Source of the DNA: Thermodesulfobacteriota bacterium
Lineage (GTDB): Bacteria > Desulfobacterota > GWC2-55-46 > S146-70 > JAUXIU01
Assembly: GCA_046753505.1 (NCBI GenBank)
Contig: JBHHTR010000001.1
Span: 1-47,834 of the forward strand
Reading direction: 5' to 3'
DNA: 47,834 nucleotides
The first letter of the stretch is position 1; the number at the start of each line of letters is the position of its first letter. The position numbers and the translations under genes are program-made. Below are positions 18,601 through 28,394 of the stretch, in pieces. The notes under the pieces are model-generated. The model saw only the letters and a list, made by a program, of their open reading frames with translations. It searched no databases and was not told where the DNA came from.

Positions 18601-20262
18601 CCGTGGATCGCCCGTGTGCGCCACTCGACGCCTGGAGTGGGCCTCATCTCGCCTCCTCCTCACCACGATATCTACTCGATAGAGGATCTTGCCCAGCTCA
18701 TGCACGACCTAAAGAATGCCAACCAGCAAGCTAGAATAAACGTGAAGCTAGTCTCCGAGGTTGGCGTGGGAACCATCGCGGCCGGGGTTGCAAAGGGGCA
18801 CGCCGATGTGGTGCTCATCAGTGGTTATGACGGAGGCACCGGCGCTTCGCCGCACTCGAGCATCAAGAATGCCGGTCTCCCCTGGGAGTTGGGCCTTGCC
18901 GATACCCACCAGACCCTTGTCCTTAATAACCTTCGGAGCAGGATTGTCGTGGAGACTGACGGACAGCTCAAGACGGGACGGGACGTTGTAATTGCGGCCC
19001 TTCTCGGGGCCGAGGAGTTCGGTTTTGGCACGGTTCCCCTTGTAACCCTTGGCTGCATTATGATGCGAGTATGTCATCTCGATACCTGCTCGGTAGGCGT
19101 GGCAACACAGAACCCTGAACTCAGAAAGAGGTTTACGGGCAAGCCCGAATATCTGGTCAACTTCATGCGTTTTGTCGCCCAGGAGGTGAGGGAGATCATG
19201 GCCCGCCTCGGCTTCCGTACGATTAACGAGATGGTGGGTAACAGCGACAGACTGGAGATGCGCAAGGCCGTTGGCCACTGGAAGGCAAAGGGAGTCGATT
19301 ACTCAAAGATACTCTACCGACCGGATGTTTCGCCCGATGTGGGGAGGTACTGTCAGATACCCCAGGATCACGGCCTCGAAAAGTCTCTCGACAACCAGGT
19401 GCTTCTCAAGCTCTGCGAGCCAGCCATCGATCTCCGCGAACCGGTGAAGGCGACCCTCCCAATACGAAATATCAACCGCGCTGTCGGCACCATACTGGGG
19501 AGCGAGGTCACGAGACATTGCGACGCAGAGGGACTGCCCGACGATACCATCCAGCTTCACTTTCAGGGCTCGGCAGGTCAGAGCCTGGGCGCCTTTGTTC
19601 CCCGGGGCATTACGATTACACTTGAAGGGGACGCAAACGACTATGTTGGCAAGGGGCTTTCAGGCGGCAAAATTATCATCTTTCCTCCAGCAACCTCAAC
19701 CTTTGATCCTGAGCATAATATCATCATTGGCAATGTTGCCTTCTACGGCGCGACCGGCGGTGAGGCGTACATCTACGGTATGGCCGGGGAGCGTTTCTGT
19801 GTGCGTAACAGCGGACTTCACGCCGTTGTTGAGTCGGTAGGGGATCACGGTTGTGAGTATATGACCGGAGGGCGGGTCGTTATCCTCGGTCCAACGGGTC
19901 GTAACTTTGCCGCCGGTATGTCCGGTGGGGTGGCGTACGTATTCGACGAGGGCGGTGATTTCTCTCACCGGTGCAACAGGGAGATGGTGGATCTGGAGAG
20001 TATCGAGGATAGTGAAGAGCTTGAAGAGGTGAAGGGGATGATCCAGCGCCACTTCGACTATACGAAGAGTCGCCGTGGCCGGAAAATCCTTGACCGGTGG
20101 GGAGAGATGGCGCCGAAGTTTGTCAAGGTCATACCGAGGGACTACAAGCGTGTCCTCAATGCTCTGAAGAGGGTGGAGGAGAGCGGCGTGAGTGGTGAGG
20201 AGGCGGTTATGGCGGCCTTTGAGGCGAACATGAGTGATACGGCCCGTGTGAGCGGAAACTGA
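15637..20262 (+). CDS. gltB: glutamate synthase large subunit
   Basis: 1541 aa. Ntn amidotransferase Cys in HDACGVG, plus FMN/3Fe-4S central domain and C-terminal GXGXG beta-helix region. Confidence 0.95.
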   Translation: MDQIKDKKRKNVGWGIPAQGLYDSQHEHDACGVGSVVNIKGKRSHEILRQGLTVLLNLLHRGAVGAEPNTGDGAGILFQLPHRFLKKVCAEEGIDLPEHGEYGVGMVFLPPDPSSRQACEKILEDIVKEEGQRLLGWRDVPTDNSSLGETARLSEPFVRQVFIARDPQLGDDLAFERRLFLIRRRAYYAIIHSDIKGSEFYYTPSFSHKTIVYKGMLLTEQVDAYYTDLADTDIETAIALVHSRFSTNTFPSWNRAHPNRYMVHNGEINTLRGNVNWMHAWQSMFKSELFGEDLPKSFPVVNRDGSDSAMFDNCLEFLVLAGYSLPHAIMMMIPEPWQNHERMSDEKRAFYEYHSCLMEPWDGPASIAFTDGTVVGAVLDRNGLRPSRYYITKDDLVVMASEVGVLDIPPDRILHKGRLRPGRMFLIDTEEGRIIDDGEIKSQIASEYPYREWLNEHLVSIDDLPEASPLPAPDHETATLRQQAFGYTTESLDILLAPMAKNGVEPIGAMGNDTPLAVFSDKPKLLYDYFKQLFAQVTNPPIDSIREEIVTATEITIGPRLNLLKPEPENCRQIKVKTPILTNGEMAKLRSLDIPHFKALTLPILFNATDGGEGLKAAMDELFRRASQAISEGVNTLILSDREMDSKNAPIPALLAVAGLHHHLIRDGKRTQVGLVLESGEPREVHHFALLIGYGAGAINPYLAFETLDDMIGEGTLTGITSEAAAKNYVKAATKGVLKTISKMGISTIQSYRGAQIFEAVGLNSAVIADYFTWTSSNIEGIGLDEIAREVLMRHKKAFPERRSVDGSLDTGGYYKWRSDGEYHLLNPETIHKIQYACRTNDEALYREYAELINNQSEKLCTLRGLMEFKCANEAIPIDEVESVEDICKRFKTGAMSYGSISREAHEAMAIAMNRIGGKSNTGEGGEDPARYIPDANGDSRSSATKQVASGRFGVTSQYLVNAKEIQIKMAQGAKPGEGGQLPGRKVYPWIARVRHSTPGVGLISPPPHHDIYSIEDLAQLMHDLKNANQQARINVKLVSEVGVGTIAAGVAKGHADVVLISGYDGGTGASPHSSIKNAGLPWELGLADTHQTLVLNNLRSRIVVETDGQLKTGRDVVIAALLGAEEFGFGTVPLVTLGCIMMRVCHLDTCSVGVATQNPELRKRFTGKPEYLVNFMRFVAQEVREIMARLGFRTINEMVGNSDRLEMRKAVGHWKAKGVDYSKILYRPDVSPDVGRYCQIPQDHGLEKSLDNQVLLKLCEPAIDLREPVKATLPIRNINRAVGTILGSEVTRHCDAEGLPDDTIQLHFQGSAGQSLGAFVPRGITITLEGDANDYVGKGLSGGKIIIFPPATSTFDPEHNIIIGNVAFYGATGGEAYIYGMAGERFCVRNSGLHAVVESVGDHGCEYMTGGRVVILGPTGRNFAAGMSGGVAYVFDEGGDFSHRCNREMVDLESIEDSEELEEVKGMIQRHFDYTKSRRGRKILDRWGEMAPKFVKVIPRDYKRVLNALKRVEESGVSGEEAVMAAFEANMSDTARVSGN

Positions 20263-20283
20263 GAAGACTTGAAAATTGATAGT

Positions 20284-20330
20284 TGAGAATTAGCTACGAC
20301 GCAGTAGATCGGACTTTTTACGACGCCATC
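20284..20330 (+). repeat. family-2 solo right end
   Basis: TGAGAATTAGCTACGACGCAGTAGATCGGACTTTTTACGACGCCATC in the gltB-gltD spacer. Matches 27418-27463 and 38303-38321. Confidence 0.7.
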
Positions 20331-20357
20331 AAATGCTGAATTATAAATGGAGATGTA

Positions 20358-21842
20358 ATGGGTAAGCCAACCGGATTTTTAGAGTACGACCGTGAACTCC
20401 CGGCAGACCGTCAACCTGCTGAGAGGGTTAAGGAGTGGGGGGAGTTCCATCTCCCTATGGACGATGAGAAACTCCGCAACCAGGGGGCGCGGTGCATGGA
20501 TTGCGGTACACCCTTCTGTCACAGCGGGATCATCCTTGGAGGAATGACGTCGGGGTGTCCCATAAATAACATTATCCCTGAGTGGAACGACCTCGTCTAT
20601 CGCGGCCTATGGCGTGAAGCGCTGAGCCGCCTCCACAAGACCAATAATTTTCCGGAGTTTACTGGGAGGGTCTGCCCGGCTCCGTGTGAAGGCTCCTGTG
20701 TCTTGGGGATCAATGCCCTTCCGGTGACGATCAAGAATATCGAGTACTCCATCATCGAGAGGGGTTTTGAAGAGGGGTGGGTTGCAACGCCAACGCCTCC
20801 TCACCGTACCGGCAAGAGGGTTGCCGTCGTGGGCTCCGGCCCTGCGGGGCTCGCCTGTGCCGCCCAACTCAACAGCGCGGGGCACCAGGTGACGGTCTAT
20901 GAACGGGCCGACCGTGTTGGCGGTCTGCTCATGTACGGTATTCCCAACATGAAGCTGGACAAGGGAGTCATCCAGCGCCGGATTGACAACATGAAAGATG
21001 GCGGCATTGACTTTGTTACTAATACCGAGGTTGGCAGAGATCTTGCCGCAAAGAGCCTTGTCGATGATTTCGACGCGGTCGTCCTCTGCATGGGGGCCAC
21101 CAAACCGCGCAATCTGCCAGTTGAGGGCCGTGACCTCAAGGGGATACACTTTGCGATGGACTTTCTTGCAGGGAACACGAAGAGCATTCTCGATGACAAG
21201 GGATCGGCTGTTCCGCCTGTCTCTGCAGAGGGCAGGGATGTCATAGTTATAGGGGGAGGGGATACCGGCACCGACTGCGTCGGCACCTCCCTGCGCCACG
21301 GTTGCAGGAGTGTTACCCAACTCGAAATCCTGCCCAAGCCTCCCCTTGAACGGCAGCCCGATAACCCGTGGCCCCATTGGCCTAAGACCTACAAACTCGA
21401 CTACGGTCAGGAGGAGGCCGCTGCCATCTATGGCCGCGACCCCCGTGAGTACTGCATCATGACTAAAAGGTTTGTCGGCGATGATGAAGGGCGCGTAAAG
21501 GAGCTTCATACGGTCAGTATCGAGTGGAAGAGAGATGACAAGGGCCGTTTCGCCCCTGTAGAGATCGCCGGAACGGAGAAAGTCTGGCCTGCACAACTGG
21601 TTTTGTTGGCGATGGGCTTCCTCGGGCCAGAAGAGGGCCTCATAAACCAGCTTGGCGTCGAGTGTGATGAGCGCACCAATGTCAAGGCTGAATACGGCTC
21701 CTTTGTCACCACTATCAAGGGAATCTTCGCCGCAGGCGACATGCGCAGAGGACAGAGTCTTGTGGTGTGGGCGATAAATGAGGGACGCAGCGCCGCTCGT
21801 GAGTGTGACCGCTACCTTATGGGCTCGACAACCCTCCCGTAG
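20358..21842 (+). CDS. gltD: glutamate synthase small subunit (NADPH)
   Basis: 494 aa. N-terminal Fe-S cysteines ([18 protein letters not shown]) and two dinucleotide folds ([22 protein letters not shown]). Confidence 0.95.
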   Translation: MGKPTGFLEYDRELPADRQPAERVKEWGEFHLPMDDEKLRNQGARCMDCGTPFCHSGIILGGMTSGCPINNIIPEWNDLVYRGLWREALSRLHKTNNFPEFTGRVCPAPCEGSCVLGINALPVTIKNIEYSIIERGFEEGWVATPTPPHRTGKRVAVVGSGPAGLACAAQLNSAGHQVTVYERADRVGGLLMYGIPNMKLDKGVIQRRIDNMKDGGIDFVTNTEVGRDLAAKSLVDDFDAVVLCMGATKPRNLPVEGRDLKGIHFAMDFLAGNTKSILDDKGSAVPPVSAEGRDVIVIGGGDTGTDCVGTSLRHGCRSVTQLEILPKPPLERQPDNPWPHWPKTYKLDYGQEEAAAIYGRDPREYCIMTKRFVGDDEGRVKELHTVSIEWKRDDKGRFAPVEIAGTEKVWPAQLVLLAMGFLGPEEGLINQLGVECDERTNVKAEYGSFVTTIKGIFAAGDMRRGQSLVVWAINEGRSAARECDRYLMGSTTLP

Positions 21843-22067
21843 TAGCCCCCTATAGACAGCTCCGCCCTTTTTTTGCTCATCCCTTCGCCCAACCTTCAAT
21901 GAACCTCTTAATAATACGGGTCAGTATTGTCATCACTGTCATTCAAGAGCAGTTCATGGGTGAAGGTTGCGACCTGCCCCTTTTACTGTATTTTTCATCC
22001 TCTCCACTGTCCTCAAAGGCGGAAAAATCGTTGTGGCAACAGAGCGTCCAGCGCTATTTTTTGTGGC

Positions 22068-22096
22068 TTGACTTTGCTGGATAAAAACCCTATTAT
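22068..22096 (+). promoter_or_regulatory. candidate sigma-70 promoter for zapB-like/zapA/6S RNA
   Basis: TTGACT (22068-22073), 17-nt spacer, TATTAT (22091-22096), about 20 nt upstream of the 22117 start. Confidence 0.4.
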
Positions 22097-22116
22097 GGTT
22101 ACGGTTAAAAGGTGCT

Positions 22117-22305
22117 ATGGAATCGATAAAGTTCGACATATTGGAAGAGAAGGTTCTCCGCCTGATTGAGTCCCATGTCGGGCTTATGAAGGAGAATGAG
22201 CGTTTAAAGGAAGAGCTTGCACAGGTGGAAGGTGAAAAGGGCCATATCAAGGAGAGGGTAGAGATTCTTATCCAGAAGTTGGATGGTTTCATAAGCGAGG
22301 CGTAA
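22117..22305 (+). CDS. small coiled-coil protein, ZapB-like
   Basis: 62 aa, heptad-rich (LKEELAQVEGEKGHIKERVEILIQKL). Lies immediately upstream of zapA. Confidence 0.5.
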   Translation: MESIKFDILEEKVLRLIESHVGLMKENERLKEELAQVEGEKGHIKERVEILIQKLDGFISEA

Positions 22306-22308
22306 CCA

Positions 22309-22581
22309 GTGGTAAAGAGGGGGGTCGAGGTCAATATTCTTGAGCAGAGACTCTATGTTAAGAGCGATGAGGATGAGGAGTATATCAGAAGGGTAGAGAG
22401 TTACCTGAACAGGAAGGTAGAAGAGGTAAAGAAAAATACAAAAGCGGTATCGACACTTGATGTGGCCTTACTTACGGTTCTCAATGTAGCTGGCGACTAT
22501 CTGAAATCCATCGAGCAGTTCGGAGAGGTGGAGGATAGATCAACAAAACTTACGGAGCTTATAGAAAGGAGACTAACCTGA
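22309..22581 (+). CDS. zapA: cell division protein ZapA
   Basis: 90 aa, GTG start. N-terminal beta region (VEVNILEQRLYVKSDEDEEY) plus a C-terminal helix. Conserved zapA-ssrS-ygfA synteny. Confidence 0.7.
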   Translation: MVKRGVEVNILEQRLYVKSDEDEEYIRRVESYLNRKVEEVKKNTKAVSTLDVALLTVLNVAGDYLKSIEQFGEVEDRSTKLTELIERRLT

Positions 22582-22589
22582 ATTTTCAG

Positions 22590-22786
22590 TTTCTCCCCTG
22601 CTGTGCTTGTGCTGGCTTTTATATTTTAGAACCAATATTCTGAAATAGGGAGCCTTCCCTGGTTGTTTGACGACAGGCCCCCCTCTGCGGAGGCCAGGGG
22701 AAGTCGGAAGGCAGCTATAACAGGCGCCCACCTATCAATGATAGGTTCAAAATTGACGTTGGCACGGCACCAGGCGGGGGAGGAAG
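22590..22786 (+). ncRNA. ssrS: 6S RNA
   Basis: Sits between zapA and 5-formyl-THF cyclo-ligase, as in E. coli. The 5' arm CTCCCCTGCTGTGCTTGTGC (22593-22612) pairs with the 3' arm GCACGGCACCAGGCGGGGGAG (22762-22782). There is an A/U-rich central bubble and a GC-rich terminal stem (CCTTCCCTGG...CCAGGGGAAG). Ends are approximate. Confidence 0.7.
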
Positions 22787-23062
22787 TAACTTAATTCGGG
22801 GAGCAGGAAGGTAAAGGGAGAGCAATAGGATATAAGGATATGTTGATAGATAAGATTGTGACGATTGTTAATGACACGACATGGCTGATAAAAAGTACGA
22901 TATATAGGGTAAAAACAGAGTTGTTTGTCCTTAGAATGTTAAATAACTTGCAATAGAGAGGTGTGCGGCGTTGTATGTCGCCTGCCGGTAAAGAAGTAAC
23001 GGAACATATCACTATCCTTTTCAGCACAACCTTCCTGAGCGCTCCCCTATCTGCTGGGGGTA

Positions 23063-23638
23063 ATGCCGCTGTCCAGTAACAAGGCACAGATCAGAAAAGA
23101 TATGCTTGAGATGCGTCTCGGGCTATCCCGCGAGAGCATCTGCCGCCAGAGTCTCGCTGTAGAGAGGCGGTTCCTCCTCCTTGATGTGTTTAAGAGGGCG
23201 GGAAGAGTTGCCCTCTACAGGAGCTTCAGGGGTGAGGTCTTGACCGATGATATCCTGGCTGCTGGGCTCAGTAAGGGGAAAGATCTCTATTTCCCAAAGG
23301 TTGGGTGCGGAGAGATGGGACTTGACTTCATAAGGGTGGCTGGTGAGGACGATTTCTCGACGGGTGCCTTTAATATTGACGAGCCTGATGGTGACAATGC
23401 TCTGGACGACCTCTCGATGCTTGATCTGATTGTTGTGCCGGGTGTCGCTTTTGATGTGACGGGGAATCGGCTGGGGTACGGAAAGGGGTACTACGACATG
23501 ACTCTCAGACGGGTCAATTGCTCTATCGTTGCCCTTGCTTATGATTTTCAGGTAGTAGAGCCCATATTTTCAGAACCACATGACGTAGGCGTTCATAAGA
23601 TTGTGACGGAGAAGAGGATCATCGAAGTGGCCCGTTGA
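23063..23638 (+). CDS. ygfA: 5-formyltetrahydrofolate cyclo-ligase
   Basis: 191 aa. GVAFDVTGNRLGYGKGYYD motif and synteny with 6S RNA. Confidence 0.85.
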   Translation: MPLSSNKAQIRKDMLEMRLGLSRESICRQSLAVERRFLLLDVFKRAGRVALYRSFRGEVLTDDILAAGLSKGKDLYFPKVGCGEMGLDFIRVAGEDDFSTGAFNIDEPDGDNALDDLSMLDLIVVPGVAFDVTGNRLGYGKGYYDMTLRRVNCSIVALAYDFQVVEPIFSEPHDVGVHKIVTEKRIIEVAR

Positions 23639-23695
23639 GGCTGCAATCCTGCTGCTCGGATATATGGCGCTGAATAAAATATAAGGGGGTGAAGG

Positions 23696-25285
23696 ATGGA
23701 TGTTTCGATTGTTCTGACGATTACGGCTGCTGTGATACTTGCGATATTTATCGGTGTCGGCATTGGCTTTTTCCTGAAAAAGAAACTCTCCGCAGGTAGT
23801 CTTGAAGCCGAAAAGAAGATTGCCGACTCTATTGTTGCCGAGGCTAAAAAAGAGGCGGAGAATATAACGAAAGAGGCAGAAAACATAATGAAGGGGGCGT
23901 CGCTCCAGGCAAAGGATATACTCTATCAGGGGAAGCTGGAGGTTGACAGGGAGGCGAAGGAGAGGCGTAAGGAGTTTCAGAGTGTCGAGAAGAGACTGGC
24001 CCAGAAAGAGGAGAGTCTTGATAAGAAGGTCGAAGCGGCAGGGAAGAGGGAGAGCGATCTTGCCAGGAGGGACAGGAACCTCATTCAGCAGGAGAGAAAG
24101 TTACAGGATATGGAGAGGAACCTCAACACCCTCGTAGAGGCAGAGAAGGCAAAGCTTGAGAGTGTCTCCGGCATGACCTCCGAAGAGGCTAAGCGTTCGA
24201 TTATAGATATGATGGAGAACGAGGCCAGACTGGAGGGGGCAAAAACCGTCAAGAGGGTAGAGGAGGAGATACAGGAGACAGCGGATAACAAGGCCAAGGA
24301 GATTATCAGTCTCGCCATTCAGCGCTATGCCGGTGAATATGTGGCAGAGAAGACCGTCTCCGTTGTCCACCTTCCCAACGATGAGATGAAGGGGAGGATC
24401 ATCGGAAGAGAGGGGAGAAATATAAGGGCCATCGAGGCAGCTACAGGGGTAGAGGTTCTCATTGATGACACCCCGGAGGCGGTCCTCCTATCGGCCCACA
24501 ACCCTGTCCGGCGGGAGATCGCAAAGCAGGCTATGGAGCGTCTCGTTTCTGATGGCAGGATTCATCCGGCGAGAATAGAGGAGATAGTGGGAAAGGTTGA
24601 AAAGGAGGTGGAGCAGTCGATTCGCGAGGCGGGTGAGAGGGCGGTCTTTGATACCGGGATTCACCGGGTTCACCCTGAACTTGTCAAGCTTGTCGGGAGG
24701 TTCAAATTCCGGTCTAGCTATTCCCAGAACGTCTATCTTCACTCTCTGGAAGTTGCCTTTATCTGCGGGATCATGGCTGCCGAGTTGGGCATTTCCACGA
24801 AGGTTGCCAGACGGGCTGGTCTGCTCCACGACCTGGGGAAAGCAGTCGATCATGAGATAGAGGGGCCCCATGCCGAGATCGGGGCTGATCTCGCTAAGAA
24901 GTATGGCGAATCGAACAAGATTGTTGTCGCAATCAGGGGGCATCACAATGACAATCCCGGTTCGGTTCTTGGTGTCTTGGTCCAGGCTGCCGACGCCCTC
25001 TCTGCGGCGCGTCCAGGTGTGCGGAAGGAGATGTACGAGCGGTACATACAGCGTCTGGAGGATCTTGAAAAGGTTGCCACTGGGTTCCAGGGGGTTGAGA
25101 AGACCTACGCGATCCAGGCAGGGCGGGAGATCAGGGTAATGGTGGAGAACAAGTCGGTGACCGATGAAGGGGCCGTTCTCCTTTCAAAGGATATTGCGAA
25201 AAAGATCGAGACGGAGATGACCTATCCCGGCCAGGTGAAGGTTGTTGTCATACGGGAGACGAGGTCGGTGGACTATGCGCGGTAG
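23696..25285 (+). CDS. rny: ribonuclease Y
   Basis: 529 aa. N-terminal TM helix, long coiled coil, KH domain (GRIIGREGRNIRA) and HD domain (LLHDLGKA). Confidence 0.95.
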   Translation: MDVSIVLTITAAVILAIFIGVGIGFFLKKKLSAGSLEAEKKIADSIVAEAKKEAENITKEAENIMKGASLQAKDILYQGKLEVDREAKERRKEFQSVEKRLAQKEESLDKKVEAAGKRESDLARRDRNLIQQERKLQDMERNLNTLVEAEKAKLESVSGMTSEEAKRSIIDMMENEARLEGAKTVKRVEEEIQETADNKAKEIISLAIQRYAGEYVAEKTVSVVHLPNDEMKGRIIGREGRNIRAIEAATGVEVLIDDTPEAVLLSAHNPVRREIAKQAMERLVSDGRIHPARIEEIVGKVEKEVEQSIREAGERAVFDTGIHRVHPELVKLVGRFKFRSSYSQNVYLHSLEVAFICGIMAAELGISTKVARRAGLLHDLGKAVDHEIEGPHAEIGADLAKKYGESNKIVVAIRGHHNDNPGSVLGVLVQAADALSAARPGVRKEMYERYIQRLEDLEKVATGFQGVEKTYAIQAGREIRVMVENKSVTDEGAVLLSKDIAKKIETEMTYPGQVKVVVIRETRSVDYAR

Positions 25286-25303
25286 TAGCTGCCAAGGCTG
25301 ACA

Positions 25304-26095
25304 ATGGCAGAGCACGTTAAGATACTATTTATCGGCGACATCGTCGGAAGCCCCGGACGGAAAGCGGTAAAGCTGGTCATCCCGGAGATTGTTGCGCATC
25401 ACGGCATCGATTTTGTCATCGCAAACGGTGAGAACGCGGCGGCTGGTTTCGGCATCACGCCTGCCATTGCCGACGAGCTCTTTTTGCGTGATATTGATGT
25501 CATTACCTCCGGTAATCATATCTGGGACAAGAAGGAGATCATGGGGTATATCGATGAGACCTCGAACCTCCTGCGGCCCGCGAACTACCCTTCCGGCGTC
25601 CCCGGCGCAGGACACTGCTCCTCCGATACGGCATCGGGCGTTACCATCGGCGTGATGAACCTCTGCGGCAGGGTCTTCATGGGGAATCACGACTGCCCCT
25701 TCAGAACGGGCGAGAGGGGCGCGGAGGCCATGAGGGAGTCGTCGCCGATTATTATCGTCGATATCCACGGAGAGACGACATCCGAAAAGAGCGCCCTTGC
25801 CTGGTTCCTCGACGGAAGAGTAAGCGCCGTCATTGGAACCCACACACACGTCCAGACGGCTGATGAGAGGATTCTGCCCCAGGGGACGGCCTTCATCACC
25901 GACGCCGGCATGACCGGCTCAATAGACTCAGTCATAGGGATGGAGAGGGAGATATCGCTCCATCGCTTCCTTACCGGCATGCCCCAACGGTTTGAGGTGG
26001 CGAAGGGGAGTGTTGAGTTCCAGGGTGTTGTTGTCACCATCGAGATTGCGAGCGGCAGAGCTGTTGCCATTGAGAGAGTTAAGAGGGCGGTATGA
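25304..26095 (+). CDS. ymdB: YmdB-family metallophosphoesterase (TIGR00282)
   Basis: 263 aa. [22 protein letters not shown] and [10 protein letters not shown] motifs. Conserved rny-ymdB pairing. Confidence 0.85.
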   Translation: MAEHVKILFIGDIVGSPGRKAVKLVIPEIVAHHGIDFVIANGENAAAGFGITPAIADELFLRDIDVITSGNHIWDKKEIMGYIDETSNLLRPANYPSGVPGAGHCSSDTASGVTIGVMNLCGRVFMGNHDCPFRTGERGAEAMRESSPIIIVDIHGETTSEKSALAWFLDGRVSAVIGTHTHVQTADERILPQGTAFITDAGMTGSIDSVIGMEREISLHRFLTGMPQRFEVAKGSVEFQGVVVTIEIASGRAVAIERVKRAV

Positions 26096-27300
26096 AGAGT
26101 CTCGAAGATCAACTGGCTCTCCTCACGAGGGGGGTCGAAGAGGTCATCCCGGCGGGAGGGCTGGAGGCAAAGCTGAAGAGCGCCATTGCTAGCGGCAAGC
26201 CTCTCGTGGTGAAGGCCGGTTTTGATCCTACTGCGCCGGATCTTCACCTCGGCCATACCGTCCTGATCCACAAGCTGCGCCACTTTCAGGAGCTTGGCCA
26301 CAGGGTCCTCTTCCTCATAGGGGATTTTACCGGCACCATTGGAGACCCGTCGGGGAAGTCGGAGATCAGGAAAAGCCTCTCACGTGAAGAGGTGGAGCAG
26401 AACGCCGAGACCTACAGGAGACAGATATTTAAGATCCTCGATGAGGAGAAGACCGAGGTTGTCTTCAACAGCGAATGGATGGGCAGGCTTTCCGCCTCCG
26501 ACCTCATAGGGCTTGCCGGCAAGTATACGGTGGCTAGGATGCTCGAACGGGACGACTTCAAGAAGCGGTACGGGAGCGGTCGGCCGATCGCCATCCACGA
26601 GTTCCTCTATCCAATCATCCAGGGGTACGATTCTGTCGTTCTCAAGGCCGACATCGAGCTGGGCGGTACGGATCAGAAATTCAACCTCCTCGTTGGCCGT
26701 GAGCTCCAGCGAGAGTTTGGTCAGGAGCCCCAGATTGTGATGACCATGCCCCTCCTCGAGGGGACCGATGGTATACAGAAGATGAGCAAATCGCTGGGAA
26801 ACTATATCGGCATCGACGAGGCGCCCGGTGAGATGTTTGGCAAGATCATGTCCATTGGGGACGAGCTGATGTTCCGGTATTACGACCTCCTCAGTGACAC
26901 AACCACTGCAGAGAGAGCGAGAATAAGGGGTGGAGAGGTTCATCCGAGGGATGCCAAGGCCGCCCTGGGACGTGAGGTGGTCGAGCGATATTACGATACA
27001 GAGACGGCGCGGAAGGCCGAAGAGGCGTTTAGCGCCCTCTTTAAGAAGAGGGCTGTGCCCGATGATATAGAGGAGATGACCATCCCATGCGAAGGGGAGT
27101 CGCTCTGGCTTCCAAGGCTTATCGCTGTGGCAGGGCTGGCCAAGAGCAATTCGGAAGCCCGGCGGCTCATCACGCAGGGCGGCGTCTCCGTGGACGGCGT
27201 AAAGGAGCGCGACCCGGCGAAGGAGCTTCCTGTGGGCAACGAGTTTCTCCTGAAGGTGGGGAAGAGGTTCTTCAAGCGGGTCTCTCTTGTGAAGCAGTAG
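26092..27300 (+). CDS. tyrS: tyrosine--tRNA ligase
   Basis: 402 aa. HIGH-type HLGH, KMSKS, and a C-terminal S4 domain. ATGA overlap with the ymdB stop. Confidence 0.95.
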   Translation: MKSLEDQLALLTRGVEEVIPAGGLEAKLKSAIASGKPLVVKAGFDPTAPDLHLGHTVLIHKLRHFQELGHRVLFLIGDFTGTIGDPSGKSEIRKSLSREEVEQNAETYRRQIFKILDEEKTEVVFNSEWMGRLSASDLIGLAGKYTVARMLERDDFKKRYGSGRPIAIHEFLYPIIQGYDSVVLKADIELGGTDQKFNLLVGRELQREFGQEPQIVMTMPLLEGTDGIQKMSKSLGNYIGIDEAPGEMFGKIMSIGDELMFRYYDLLSDTTTAERARIRGGEVHPRDAKAALGREVVERYYDTETARKAEEAFSALFKKRAVPDDIEEMTIPCEGESLWLPRLIAVAGLAKSNSEARRLITQGGVSVDGVKERDPAKELPVGNEFLLKVGKRFFKRVSLVKQ

Positions 27301-27417
27301 CGTTGCCGCTTTAGTGAGATGTTTAAAAAAAGTTGTGGGATGGCTAAGAAAACATTCGATATACAAGAAGTAGTGGTTTTTCAGGTGCGAAGGCATACCT
27401 GTGGCACGTCGAGTGTC

Positions 27418-27480
27418 TGAAAAATTGCTCGGCCCAGTAGATCAGACTTTTTATGACACCATCTTCAGTGGCTGCCATCA
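27418..27480 (+). repeat. family-2 solo right end fused to a family-1 module-3-like segment
   Basis: CTGAAAAATTGCTCGGCCCAGTAGATCAGACTTTTTATGACACCATC, followed by TTCAGTGGCTGCCATCAAA (compare TTCAGTGGCGGTAAGCCATTGAAA in copy A). Confidence 0.65.
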
Positions 27481-27486
27481 AATCTA

Positions 27487-27516
27487 TTGACATGATTTCA
27501 CCTAATCCGATATACT
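27487..27516 (+). promoter_or_regulatory. candidate sigma-70 promoter for the yceD-rpmF-plsX-fab operon
   Basis: TTGACA (27487-27492), 18-nt spacer, TATACT (27511-27516), 20 nt upstream of the 27537 start. Confidence 0.4.
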
Positions 27517-27536
27517 TACGGGCTCTTGTGGGATAA

Positions 27537-28067
27537 ATGAGATTAAGCATCGAAGATATCCCGGAGGAGGGGCTCAGCCTCGAACTGACGAAAGAGAGCC
27601 TGACGATTGAGGGCGACGTTGCCAGCTCGGAGTTTTCGCTTGCATCTCCGCTGAAGGCGCGCCTCGATATCCATCGCGGCGGCAGTGATATTTTTATTGT
27701 CGGGAGTATGACTGGTGAAGTTCTCCTCGTCTGCTCCAGGTGCCTTGGCGAGTTCTGTTATAGTGTGGAGTCAGCTATCGATTCAATGGTCCAGAGCTGG
27801 CGCGGCGACTTCCCTCAGGAGAGTGAGTTGCACAGGGGCGAACTCAGCGTCAGTTTCAGTGAAGATGGGATAGTCGATACAGATGCCATACTGTGTGAGC
27901 AGCTCTTTCTCGAAATACCGATTCAGCCGCTCTGCTCACTGGACTGTCGAGGGCTCTGTCCTGACTGCGGCGCGCTCCTCAGGGAGAACGTCTGTAGTTG
28001 TGCTGATAATGTCAAGATAGATCCCCGGCTCGCGGTGTTGAAGGGGCTGAAGGTAGATAAAAAGTAA
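27537..28067 (+). CDS. yceD: DUF177 / YceD-family protein
   Basis: 176 aa. C-terminal CxxxCxGLCPxCG zinc-ribbon-like motif (CSLDCRGLCPDCG). Position upstream of rpmF-plsX is conserved. Confidence 0.8.
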   Translation: MRLSIEDIPEEGLSLELTKESLTIEGDVASSEFSLASPLKARLDIHRGGSDIFIVGSMTGEVLLVCSRCLGEFCYSVESAIDSMVQSWRGDFPQESELHRGELSVSFSEDGIVDTDAILCEQLFLEIPIQPLCSLDCRGLCPDCGALLRENVCSCADNVKIDPRLAVLKGLKVDKK

Positions 28068-28072
28068 TCTCA

Positions 28073-28099
28073 GGAACCTCTGAATAGTTCAGACCTTCC
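28073..28099 (+). repeat. family-1 miniature copy G (the two termini fused)
   Basis: GGAACCTCTGAAtagTTCAGACCTTCC in the yceD-rpmF spacer. Confidence 0.7.
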
Positions 28100-28124
28100 C
28101 TGATTTAATAAAAGGAGTAGTGTT

Positions 28125-28307
28125 ATGCCAAATCCGATGAAGAAGCACACCAGGTCGCGCAGGAACAGTCGCAGGAGTCACGATGGACTGTCGAGACCTG
28201 CCGCATCAACCTGTCCCAACTGTCATGAGGTTAAGCGACCCCACGTGATATGTCCGAGCTGTGGGTTCTATAGAGGCAGAGAGTTCGTGAAGGTTGAAGA
28301 CATCTAA
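28125..28307 (+). CDS. rpmF: 50S ribosomal protein L32
   Basis: 60 aa. Basic N-terminus KKHTRSRRNSRRSH and CPNC...CPSCG zinc ribbon. Confidence 0.9.
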   Translation: MPNPMKKHTRSRRNSRRSHDGLSRPAASTCPNCHEVKRPHVICPSCGFYRGREFVKVEDI

Positions 28308-28394
28308 GCTGGTCAGCAAAGTCTACTGATCTGAAAAGAGATTGAGCTTATCAACCATCACCACTGTGCTCTCCATTCCAACCATCTCATAGAT

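Noticed and set aside
20607-21899. A 430-aa ORF antisense to the whole of gltD. Similar long antisense or out-of-frame ORFs occur at 7241-8209, 16177-17007, 26380-27396, 34889-35782, 39375-40070, 3411-4100 and 4784-5479.
   Set aside because: Each lies entirely inside a confidently identified conserved gene on the other strand or frame. Their translations are low-complexity (Arg/Pro/Gly/Ser-rich) with no recognisable motifs. This is a typical stop-codon-poor shadow frame in GC-biased coding DNA.
22791-23087. A 98-aa minus-strand ORF in the AT-rich region after 6S RNA.
   Set aside because: It overlaps the ygfA start and has no SD. Its composition reflects the AT-rich DNA. The region is reported as an unexplained non-coding segment instead.
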